Positions 34,901 through 47,283 of a stretch of 58,656 nt of DNA are shown one piece after another. The stretch covers positions 26,824-85,479 of the forward strand of contig MQRK01230279.1 of assembly GCA_001938485.1 (NCBI GenBank). The letters are read 5' to 3'. The notes below the pieces were generated by a model that had not been told where the DNA came from, did no database searches, and saw nothing but the letters and a program-made list of their open reading frames with translations. The translations under genes were made by a program, and so were the position numbers. Positions within the stretch are counted from its first letter, which is position 1, and the number at the start of each line of letters is the position of its first letter. This DNA is from Girardia tigrina. Its lineage: Eukaryota.

Positions 34901-37299
34901 TTAAACTTAATGTTTTATCCTTCATATATAATATTTTGATCTTACCTTTAAATATATATGTACCTTTTGGTTTATTTGATTATGCGAAATGAGTTTTGTG
35001 TTAGGGATGTGTTTGGTGTTTTTGTTTTATTTATTTTGTCTGCGTTTGTTTATTTTAATTATTTTCTTGTAAATAAAGACAATTTATTATTTAATATGAT
35101 AAATAAATAATACGACGATGTTATTTATATTCTATTAATAAATATTATAAAATATTTAAATTTATTTTCAAGTTTAAAATATTATTATTTATATCATTAA
35201 GTTAAATATTATTNNNNNNNNNNNNNNNNNNNNNNNNNNNNNNNNNNNNNNNNNNNNNNNNNNNNNNNNNNNNGTTTAAAATATTTATTATATTATAAAG
35301 GTTAGGGCCACTTCTTTTGTGCGCAGGCCACGCACTCTTTCTTTTCTTTTATGCGTTAGCCACGCAGGCTACGCATCCTTAAAAATAATATATAAATAAC
35401 AATAATAAAAACCCTTTTTCATAAGATTTCTTTTAAAAGGTCTTTAGGTAATAATTATTTTTTTAATAAGATTTCTTTTAAAAGGTCTTTAGGTCTTTAG
35501 CCAATTCGCCGACAAGAAGGAGATTGCTGATTTTATTATAGAAGATTTCCAATCATTTTAATTGTTGTTCATTGGAGGAGACTATCGATTACTATCAATT
35601 AGAAGACTTCCGATTATATTATATTGAAGAAGACTGAAGAAAATTTTCAATCATTTTATTGTCGAAAACTATCGATTATATTATCGACTTTAGTAAAGAA
35701 GTTTGAGAAAAATTCTAATTCATCGAAGAAGACTTGTCGATTATAACAAGAAGAATTGCTCAAGGAAGGAATTGAGAAATTGATGGTAATCGAAATTGTC
35801 TATTTGAGGAGATAAATTTTCATACAGGGTGAGGTTCTTGAAAATTAATTATAAGTTTATTTATTAAAATTTAAAATATTTTAAAATCAATAATTTATTA
35901 TTATCTATTATTATTTAAATTCTTAAATTGATAATCCTTATTATTATTAACTCATCTATTCGTGGTCTGCCGTCGATGTACTGTGACCACTTCTAAAAAT
36001 CTCGCATTACATACTAAGGACATCTGAGTTTCATTGTAAAATCCTATTGTAATTATTGTATATTAAATAAACTTATTTGAAAAATATTTTCTTGCGTTGT
36101 CATTTAGTTATTAAATCTTATAATCTAATTTAATCCTTTGTAAATTTTAGTGGACGGTTTAATTTTTCTAAATTATATCTTCCTTTTCTGATATATTTCT
36201 ACGGATGTTGAAAGAATATCAAACCCCCCTCGAGACGTATCATTTGAGTATTCAACGTTTTATTTACATTGAATGAGAAAATATCCGAATTTCAAACATG
36301 AGCTAAGGGTGATTCTGGAGCATGAAATTCTGACTTTTATTATATAACAAAGCATTTAACTGACTTCAACGTCTAACTTTAGAAAATACACAAACTATCT
36401 GTAATTATCAAAGCTTTAAAAAGATAAATGAACTGAGTCTCTTCTTATTTTTAAATAAAAACTGCTTGAATAATATTTAAAATAGAATTTGAGCTAAGAC
36501 TTTCTTAAAAGAATTTTAATTGAAACAAATTGCATGTTCTTTTCTGTGAATCAGAGAAAGCAATCACTTGTTTTAAGTTCGGAATTATTCAACTGCAAAT
36601 TACCGAAGCAAGTGCAATGAAGTTCTGCAAGAATCTGAATTTAAAGTGTACAAAATCCAATTGAACTTGCAATACAATTTTTATCTGTTTATGAATTAGC
36701 ACAAATGGTAAATATTCTTGGTTATGATTATTAATAAAATTAATAAAACAAAAACAATGCTCGCCTTCAAATTGTCTTCTGAATAAAATTAACTGGCTGA
36801 CAACAAATTATGTAAAATATTTTCATTAACCATTAAAAGTTAACTTAGCATATTCACGTTAGTTGCCCTTAGGTCTATGGTCCAACTGATACTAGCTCCA
36901 TACTCAACACAACGTCCTGTGAAATGGTCTTTCAAATGACGTTATTCTTTAAAATGGTCAGATAAAATTCCTAATGAACCAATTGTTCTTGGGTATTTAC
37001 TTCATAAGATCACTCCACATTTATTCTTTCTTCTTATAGTTGTATAGTAGAACACCTTCCACTCACTAATGTAAAATAATAGCAAAAGTTATAAAATATT
37101 TATACAAAATCAAAATAGAAGAACAATTTATTATAAAATAAAGTTTAATAAATCTTTGAAAAAGGAGTTTGAAAAACATCTCGACAATTCAAATATTGCT
37201 GATATATTACTGCATTTGAGGACTTCAGTCGGCCGGTTTTGTTAAATTGAATCGTTTCCTTCGATATATTATTGACAAACACAACAAAAATTAATTTAC

Positions 37300-38450
37300 T
37301 TGATATATATTATTTTTAAATGGCCCTGTCTCAACATTAGAGCTTGGTCTATAATTCCCGATCACCTTCATCTTCGTTAGATTAAATTTATCGTTTTCTA
37401 ATAATAAAAATATTGATTTTAATAATTATTAACAACATCAATATGAGTTTTTAAACATTTATTAACATCACAAGCGCCATCACTATTTCGCATTCGACCT
37501 TTTCAGCAATGATCATATTTGAAAAATTTATATTTTTAAAATCAGAAATATCTCTTTGAAAAAACTGTTCTGAAGCGACGTATTTACATCACTACCTGTG
37601 TTGTAAGCCTATATATTGAGTCTTCTAGTGATGGGATTAGATCTAAATGCAGTTATTCGTTAGGTGTTTGAAAACACTTTCTTTCATTTTCTCAAAAATG
37701 TTATATGCATTAAAAAAGAAGATGTTGTAATTACAATTCATTGAGTATTCGTTAGAAGTCGAATGAATCTTTCCAAAATTAGTTTCTTTGTATTTCGAGA
37801 TTGCTGCATTAAATTGGATCATTTCCTGGAATTTGTATCAATTGATGTTTTTTCACTTCGTAAGAAATATTTAAAAAATTACAAACAAAGATTTACTATA
37901 AAAATATTTTAATAATCCTGATTTCGCTCTTTCAGAAAAATGATTGGATCCTTAAATTTTGTTCCTATTGATGAATTAGATGTCTCTGTGGATGAATTAG
38001 CAGAGTCTATTGATGAAGATTTAATCCAAATCATGAACTAATTTGAAGAAATACATACACAGGCCGTCTTACTCACATATGAAAGTGTCGCCGACACTTT
38101 TCTCACCAGATCTGTGGCTAGTTTACTATTAATTATGCGGAAGCTACTTATAGACATCTGTAATTAGAATTAAGAATACCTATCCAACTTTGTTGAAGCT
38201 AATTAATGAGTTAAATAATATTCAAAAAGGCCGTGATCATCCCAACCTCAAAATAATTAAATGTCTTGAAACTGATGAGAGAATTTTAAGAATTGTTCAA
38301 AACTATGGGGCTCGTAACATTATATAGTATTTACGAGGTTTATCTCAGAACCTTGATGTAAAAATAAAATAATTTGTTTATTTCGTGTACAAATTGTATT
38401 GTGCATATTATACATTGGAGCGAAATTGATTCTAGTGACGGAACATCTTG
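37300..38450 (+). pseudogene. Degenerate MULE transposase remnant
   Basis: FENTFFHF, LNFVPIDE, RILRIVQNY...YLRGLSQNL fragments. Confidence 0.5.
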
Positions 38451-38918
38451 CCAGTTTTTAAATTTTAAAAGAAAAAAAATTCAGTAAATAAATAAAATCA
38501 TAAAATAAAGTTTAAAGTAAAATTAAATAAATTAATTAAATAAAGCAATTAAATTAACGAAAAATAAAATAAAAACTTAATTAAAAATAATAATCATTAA
38601 AATAACTAATGGATAAATGACTAAATGGGCAATTAATCTTTTGAATTTGGTGAATTTTGATCACAAAAAAATTTATTATCGATTTCAAAATCGATTGTGT
38701 AAGAAATTCGGAATTATGTCTGTTTTAATTTTCAGTCTGGTAAATGTAAGTATGTGTGTATCAGTGTTGATCGAATGTGTGTGTCTGTCCAATAAAAGTG
38801 AAAATGGAGAAGGATGTGTTGTGGTTGGTTGTGTGCCTGTGTGTATGTGTTTCCAAAAAAAATGTATTTTTGAAAAATGTTATTATAATTTCATAAAAAC
38901 AAAGTTGTTTAAATGCGT

Positions 38919-38990
38919 AAAAAAATAAGAAATCGAGTTTGTCAATTTCAAAAAAAATAAGAAATCGAGTTTGCCAATTTCAAAAAAAAT
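38919..38990. repeat. Tandem ~31-bp repeat (2+ copies)
   Basis: aaaaaataagaaatcgagtttg(t/c)caatttc x2. Confidence 0.8.
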
Positions 38991-39639
38991 AGATAAATTT
39001 GTCTAAAATGAGTGATATTTGAATTTGGATCATATCAAATTAGTTCTTTCTTTCAATTAATTAATTTTAAAGACCAAAGGGCGATTTCCGATAAATCAAA
39101 CGAACGAAAAAAAAGCAATGTTACTTTCATTTCGCCAATAAATTTCACAATTTGAAAGCTAATGTCATAAATGAAGCGGTCGATAAATTCTATTGTTCTT
39201 ACAATAAAATCGAGGAACACCTTCAAATGTGTTCAGAAATTCAATCATCTGCTAAGAAAAATTCTTGTGATAGCACATCTTTGGGTAAACTATATTCTTT
39301 TGGCTCGTTGAACAGTGATTCTAACGAGTCCAATTCTAACAGTCCTTCTTTACTTAAAACTCCATACAGAAATTCGAGTGAAGATCTTTCTGGTTCTCAG
39401 TTTAAAGTGGAGGCACGGTTTCCGTTCTATATATATTATACATATGTTAGGATTAAAATAATTTTTAATGTGACTTCTTTTTATTTTTATGTATTACTTT
39501 TATTTCCAAAAAAATAATTTATTTATTGCAGGAAACCAACACTAAATAATATCTTTCATTACTTTTTTTAAACTCATCGAATTAAATTCATTTATAAAAA
39601 TACATTTTAATCAATGAAATATCGAAATAAAAACCCTTC

Positions 39640-40676
39640 GTTCATATAAATTGATTTTTAAAAATTTAGCGCTTAAATGGCAACACCCAAATGATGAATT
39701 ACCTCGGCTGCAATTACAGCCTCAACTCGTGTATGTAAGTGATTACAGGTTCGGTACAGTTGATATCGACACATTTAATTAGTTGTCCATAATGACGACT
39801 AGGAACAAATCGATGGTGTTGTACGCACATTTATTGAACTGACACTTTTATTGACACCATAGCAATAATTATCCAACGGATTCAAATCAGAGCTGCTGCG
39901 TGGATCAGAACACATGTAGTTTTCTTTGCACTAGTTCTACACAATTTGTCTTTTGTGTACCGGTGCGCTGTCCTGTTGAAAGGCGTATGGGTAGCTAGCG
40001 ACGATTGTTGACAGTCATAGTTCCACAACATTATGCAAGGTTTCATGGTAAATCCCTAAATGAACCGCCTACCCCTTGCAGACAAAGTGCGCACCATAAT
40101 ATGACCATCCCTGAAAACAACGAGGAGAATATGAACAAAATACCGGATGCTTGGACTTGGCATCGACGGTGATAATTTTTTCATCGCTGAAAAAACAGAG
40201 AAACACAGAAAAAAACGTCTCTTGCTTCATAGCAGCAGGAAGCACTTCGCCAGTCGTCGTTGTTTAGTGGCATCTTTTAGCAGTTGGTGGATTTTCAGAA
40301 CGTATGGATGGAAGCACTAATCATCATGAATGGAGCTGTGGGTGGTCTGGACTCCAATCTGCGCTTCTGACACTTTGATGGGTAGAGTATCTTCCTACTT
40401 GACGTCGCTAAGCCCTCTTCTTTCTCTTCATCCGCCCAAAACTGCTCCGTGATCCGGTAAACGGTCATTTTTGACAGGTTTGAGAAGTTTATTTTGTTAG
40501 CCAGCGTATGCCTGGCGCGATGGCGAACCAAAACGGTTGCGCGATGCAATTGCAAAGTTAACATTGAAAATAATTATAGTATCAGCAAAGTCTATCTAAA
40601 ATGTTACTCCTCCTGCTCAAAAAATCTAACTCTTACCCAAATTCAAAATATATCTAAATTTAAAAGGAATACCCTA
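39640..40676 (-). mobile_element. maT/DD37D-like Tc1-mariner remnant
   Basis: End TAGGGTATTCC+TA; minus-strand HTH ORF 40295-40564; FQQDSAPVH, SSDLNPLD, RVEAVIAAE. Confidence 0.75.
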
Positions 40677-40838
40677 TAATAAATCTAGTGTTTCTATCTT
40701 AGAGACTTTCAATACGATATTTTGAGAACAATCTTTCATTGATCAGATAGAAAAATGCTATTTTAATAAAATTAATAATTTTCTTTCTAATTTTTTACTA
40801 ATACAAATTTTGTAAAAAAAATTCTTGAAACAAATATT

Positions 40839-41061
40839 TTATAAAATTAAGAAGAAATTCTCACTAAGATAATAATTCCAAGAACTGTTGACACATTCAC
40901 TGACCGAGTTCGATAAGTGACTATAATCTTTAAAAATAAAGCTTATATATTTATTTCCGTCACAATCGTTAGTTTGAAGCGATACATTAACATTATTTGC
41001 CTGATCTTGACGATGCTTCTTAGAAATTTCCGTGTATCCTAATTCATCATCACTTAGGTCC
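40839..41061 (-). CDS. FIG4: FIG4 putative terminal exon
   Basis: cacag acceptor after a 49-nt intron; in phase to TAA. Confidence 0.65.
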
Positions 41062-44000
41062 CTGTGAAAGGTTAGATCAAGCAAAATTAAAGACTAAAAA
41101 TATTCAATACGTAACACTATCACTTGATACGGATTTATTATCATTGAACTTCTCATTTCTTAGTGCTTTCATAACCACGCCAGAGGTCAGAGTCCCGACA
41201 GAATCCATTTGGCCTGATTTTTCATTCTCAGACCGATCCCATCTTGCACAGCCATTATAAAATACTGTTGCTTGACTTTTAAACTCTTCAATATCAAAGG
41301 ATTTATTTTCAACATCGTATAAATTCATGCTAAAATCAAATAATCCAATGGAATTTCGATTAAGAGTTATCATATCAATTAGATATGTATAACATTTCTC
41401 GAAATCGGTTCTACACGGTGTTTGTTTATTTGAAGATGCGATATTTAAAGCCCTAAAAGTTAAAAATAAATATAAATTAAACTGGAACAATTTTTCTATA
41501 ATTAATTTATTATTATTATTTTTTATCAAATTATTATTATTATAAAAAAAACAAAACTCATCCATTTTCAAATATATTTATGAAAATTAATAAATTTCGC
41601 TAAAATGGTAAATTACCTTCAACAGAAGATTAAGAATTTCTTACTTCTTTATTATCAAATTTTAACCCATTACCTATCAGTGATGTCATATGAGATCACT
41701 TAAAAATCACAAATTTCGTGACTATCTGTCAGTATTTACACATATCTAACCGTTTTGCTATATCTATTAGATATATTTCTCTGATATTCAAATGAGGTTT
41801 GCTAATTTTTCACTGTAGATGTCTAAGGCTGTTTTATGCTAGAAAACAAAGTTCCAAAAAAAATTTTAGTTTATAGAATTATGGGAAGTAATGGGTTAAG
41901 AAACATATTCATATTTGTGAAAATATTGTAAATAAATGTTTATAGCAAAATGTTTACGATTACATGATTTTCATTTTGGATTTTCGAATTTATCAATTTT
42001 TCAAATATGATTTCAAATAAATTAACTTTGAATATTATGAATATCATTAAGTCATAGAAAGGAAAGGACCAAATGCTTTGCAAATGGTACAGATATTGTG
42101 AAAAGCGAAAACAAAGTCATCTTCATGGAGATGTGTCAATTGAGAGTTTACCGGAAGACTGAGGAAAGAAACTAATTAGACAGTATAGAATATTATTGAT
42201 CACATGCATGCTCCATACAATTCTAAGAACGAATCTGAAAAAGTCAAATCAAATATAATGCATGAACGCTGTAAACAGAGTAACGACGAATACGTACAAA
42301 TATATAAAAAATGCTAACTGTACTAAATTTGATAAAATTTATTATAGCGCATTTGTCTAAAATATTAAATTTATATTTCAATATTATTTTTAGTATTAAC
42401 GAATTAATAATACTAAATCAACATATTTTCAAAAACATTTATTAAATTTATTTTAGTACATTTGTCGGGATACCAAAATGATTTATCTTGCAAAATTAAT
42501 CGACATCTTTCAACAAATTGGTTTAGAGTGCTTAATTGATAATGAGATCTTATTAAAAATGCTTCATATGACACTCTCCAAATAATTTTGAAGTGCTTTT
42601 ACAGAATTTTGAAATTATTTATATTCAATTAACACTTCTAGGTTTTCCTATGCTTTATAATATTTTTTCATCGACACTCAACTAAAACAACATTTTTCAT
42701 TTTATCAATCTCTAACTGAAAGAATGAAATATGCATCAAATATTTCTATTCAAGCAGTTTTTCAAATCATCCCTCAGTTAAACCATAACCAGATAACCAT
42801 ATGACTAAGTCCTGAAAAGATAAGCATAAGCTTCGCGAGCTCATCAAATAGTTGTAAATTCTAAACATGGTACTTACCGCATATACACAAACGTCCTACG
42901 ACACGGTATACTGATGACTAAGCTGGCTGAAAAGGACAGCTAAATTCACGCACCGATTAAAAAGAGATAACGATATGTTTACGACGCGGGCGCTTCTGAG
43001 ACGTGGGTTATCTATCTAGGGTTAATTGGAAATCACGCATTTTATTAAAGACAATTTAAGATAAACTCATCGCATAAATCACCGTTATTGTAGTTCAAAT
43101 AAACACTTTCAAATTTTTTATAAAACATTTCTGTTTGCAACAATTATATTTACCACAACCAATCATTCCATCGAATCAAAAAGTTCATTTCTACCAATCA
43201 ATTTTTAAATAAGTGTGTTAAACAAATTTTAAAAATTCCATTTTCAAACAACTTCACAATAAAATCTTCATTGTTTTTTGTAGATAAGTTTTTTTTAACA
43301 AATAAATTTTATCATAAATATTTTTCAATATAAAGTAGTATTAAAATATAATCCAAATGGGAACGCTTCAGTTCATATCAAAATGGTTTCTCTGGCTACT
43401 AAAAGAGAGTACTGGTATTTTCATTCAAGTTTATCTCATGTTCATATAAATCTGAACAATGTACATCTCACTTCATGCAATTATATTGTAATCATTCTTT
43501 CTAATTTTAGAATTTAACAAAAGAGATTAAAGATTGAACAGTTCAAAATAATTAATAAGGTTTAAGCCAATTTATTTAACGTTAGAATAAGATTTATTTT
43601 AAACGTTTGTAGACAGACACCAGAGATGAGGCAACAGATGCTTTAATTTTAATATTGATAGAATAAGAGACGACACTTATTATTTCTTGAAAATTCAAAT
43701 TTCCATAAAAAGAATAAAGCTTATACTTAGATATTAAGTATAACATTTTTGCAAAAATAAATTCCAATATAAGATGACGAAAAGTATCGCGTCACCATAA
43801 TGTCAACTCCTCAAACAATTCGAATCACTGAAAAACATAGAAAATAAAAAAAAACTTGGTAAGATAAAAGGAAATCAAAGTTTCGAATTCGAAGCTACAA
43901 ACCTTCTTGTCATTTATGAATTACACCATCAATACTCAAAAATCCTTCATAGTCTTAACTATCAAGATTAGGGGTTCCAATCCCGGAGCATATTTAAAAT

Positions 44001-47000
44001 CCCGGGATTTCGGGATTAAATTTCTTCCAATCCCGGGATTCAGATTACACTTTGATAAGTCTATTTTTACAATAAAAAACGAACAAAATAATATAAAAAT
44101 ATTCAATCGAAAAATAATAAATTTATAATTAGATAAAAAATCTAATAAATAACATTTATTTGTGACATAAGAATCATAATCGCGAAAAATTTAAGCGTAG
44201 AAAAGATAATTTTTCAAGAGTGTTATCATACAAATTGGAGCACATCTTATTGTATATATATTTAGCGGAAGAGAAGACTCTTTCCGATTCCACAGACATA
44301 GGAGGAATATTCAGTAAATATTGATATACACTCTCTAAATGTGGCCCTCGTTTGCCTGACAGGACTGCAATATTAATATCATAATTAATCAAACTTGAAT
44401 AGGATACCGGCTATGTTATATGTATTGTAACTGAATTTGAAAAAACAGCCGTAATAACTTTTTGTGGTCGGTACTCCATTATAAGATGGTCATTTGATGG
44501 TGATGACTCATTTCGTTCTTTTAAACTCCGAGGAATGTGAGTATTCTTTTCCAAACTTTGTACTTCATCATATTCTTCTTGTAATGGTTTAAGACGTATC
44601 AGTCTTTTTTGCTAACTGTGTTTGTGGGTTGTGCAGATATTGAAGGACAACTGATGCATCATTGTATGACTGTTCTAAAATTCTCTTGGGAAGAGATTTG
44701 AGAAGTTCTTCGCTAAGAAAATGAAATTGTGCTTGCATGTTCTGTTGAAGAAAATTTATTGTGGCTTCTGCAGTCAAAAGCGTAGTGTCGCTTCTGCAGA
44801 TAGGTATCTAAAATGACTTCAGTGTAGAAACGATTTACTTCATAATTTAAAAATCTTCATCAGTCAAATTGGCGTTCGTATTCAATTGAATGAGAGCTTT
44901 TTGAACAGGTAACTTTACAATTATCAGTCTTTTCAACATGTTAACTAAACTAACCCAACATGTTCTGCAGTCTAGAATCACAGACATATTGCTGGTCATG
45001 GTATTCTGTCGTCGTATGTAATTAAGTAAAATATATAATATTAGGAACGTCATTAGTCGTATAAATGTCTCCTGTTTCTTCCGACATTTAAATAACGAAA
45101 AAAATACAACTGGATTAAAATAATTTATTAATTTATAATTTTTGAATTTTCACACAAAATTTCTGTTTATTTAAACAACTGTTTTTATTTGAGGATATTT
45201 TTAGTATTTCTATTTTTAACCGTTTATTATAAATATAGATATGGATATAAATATAAATATTTAATAATACTAATAATTATTTAAATGTTGAGAACTAAAA
45301 TATCTTATAAATCTTACGCATAAAATATATTATATTCTGCGGCAATCGTTTAAATAATTTTACAACCTCTCGAGCTTTTTTTCATCACTTCTTTTATGAT
45401 CATAAAAAAATATTTGAGATTGTGACTTATAATATTTCTTAAGTGTTTTAGAGATTAAAAAATTGTTTTTGAAAAAATGCTTTTTTATTTTAAAACAAAA
45501 TTTTTTAATAAAAAAATACTAAAAATTTACTTTTAATTCTTACTAAGCTACATGCTTATAACCAGAAAATATTTACTACTCTTTTTGGTTAACCTAGTAA
45601 GAATTAAAAATAATTTTTTAGTATTTTTTAATAAAAAATTATTTTTAAATCTTACTAAGATAGAAAAGTAATTTTTAATAAAAAAAATGAGAAAAAAATG
45701 ACGAAATCAGTAATCCCGGGATATCGGGACACCCATTTTGGTCCGGGATCCCGAGATAGGAACCCCTAATCAAGATACATCGATTCTCTGAGTAATTTTT
45801 CATTCTCAAATCTTATAAAAAAATGAAATTATTATCCAAACGTGGCCCATTTTTGTTCATTGTAAACAATGATATCCTGAAACGTATTTTTTTAAAAATT
45901 CCAAATAAAAATCAAGCAATAAAATAATCAGTATATATAACCGGGTATAAATTTTACTTTGAATCTTAATTTAAAATAGAAACAAGTGTACTCCGAATAA
46001 TTTTTAAAGATTTTATAATTTATTTTAATTGTTATTGTAATTTTAAAATTATCAGTTTTTGTAATTATTTAAACAAAATAATGTAGAAATGCTTCTGATG
46101 TTCACAACATTAATATGATAATTACATTTTTCAAAATTTGTTTAATTATATACCTTTCCTTAACCTTTCTGGATAGACCGATCTCCAAAGCATAATTGTA
46201 TAATTCATTTAAGACTTTCCATTTATCCCACAAAACCAATGGCTTTGGAATAAAAGCAATTATATTTACAGGTAACCAAGTAGAAGAACAAAACTGAGAA
46301 GAGTCCAGGATGGATTGGCAATATCTGTCGTGGAGGAATACATCTGAATCCTTGTGATGCCAAATAGTTTCATTTGCCGACTGCCAAGGTTTAAAAATTC
46401 CAAGAAACAAATTGATAGACATTTGCTTTTCGTGGTCCGAAAATTTATTAGTGTAATACCTAAGATTTATTTATATTATAATTAAACTCAGACAATATTT
46501 TTAAGTCATAAATACAATATATTTGTATTTGAAAAATTTTACATATTGTTTTCATAAAACAAAATTTATTTTATTAATATTATTGTAATTTACTTTCGAT
46601 TTGACGAAACTAAAACACTTTGAGACATTCACAAGACAAAAAATAACAATTGTTGGGATAATTGGTCGCCTCTCTCCATTTGGAGTGTTACAAACTGTCT
46701 TGCTCAATTCTCACATCGATACAAAAAGTATAGAAAAATCATCTACGATTTTTTTATGAAATACAAAAATAAACCTTACAAGATTCCTTTACTGCATCAA
46801 CCTTACATGGACGTGAGTAACCAAACACTTCTCTTGGTCTACTATTCATATTCTAAAGAAAATTTCATGGGCTTGAGTAAGTCTTTTGGAGGATTTAATA
46901 ATGTATGAACAATGAATCCAAATAGTGCTGGCAAACATGATCAGGTGATGATAATAGATCAGGGCTCAGGCGAGCTTTTGTAGCCTTCGCTACTGATACA

Positions 47001-47154
47001 GTTTATTATTATGAAATATTTCACTTTTATTTGTCAGTTCTAAAAACTGTCTGTATCAAAGGCAAGTATTTTGTTTCTCGGAATAAAGTTGAATAACCGA
47101 CCTTAACTCGGGTATGACGAAGGTTGGTGGAAAGTTTAGTTGTATTTATATATT

Positions 47155-47194
<40 letters not shown>

Positions 47195-47244
47195 NNNNNN
47201 NNNNNNNNNNNNNNNNNNNNNNNNNNNNNNNNNNNNNNNNNNNN

Positions 47245-47283
<39 letters not shown>

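Noticed and set aside
36300-37050. Possible hAT dimerization-domain remnant on the minus strand
   Set aside because: Only a KRLSSF-like word; no TIR or TSD
38617-38928. 103-aa Cys/Val-rich ORF
   Set aside because: Product of a TG-rich low-complexity tract
42910-42960. CTGATGA followed by an agctg/cagct stem as a hammerhead
   Set aside because: No GAAA after stem II; lies in a piggyBac terminus
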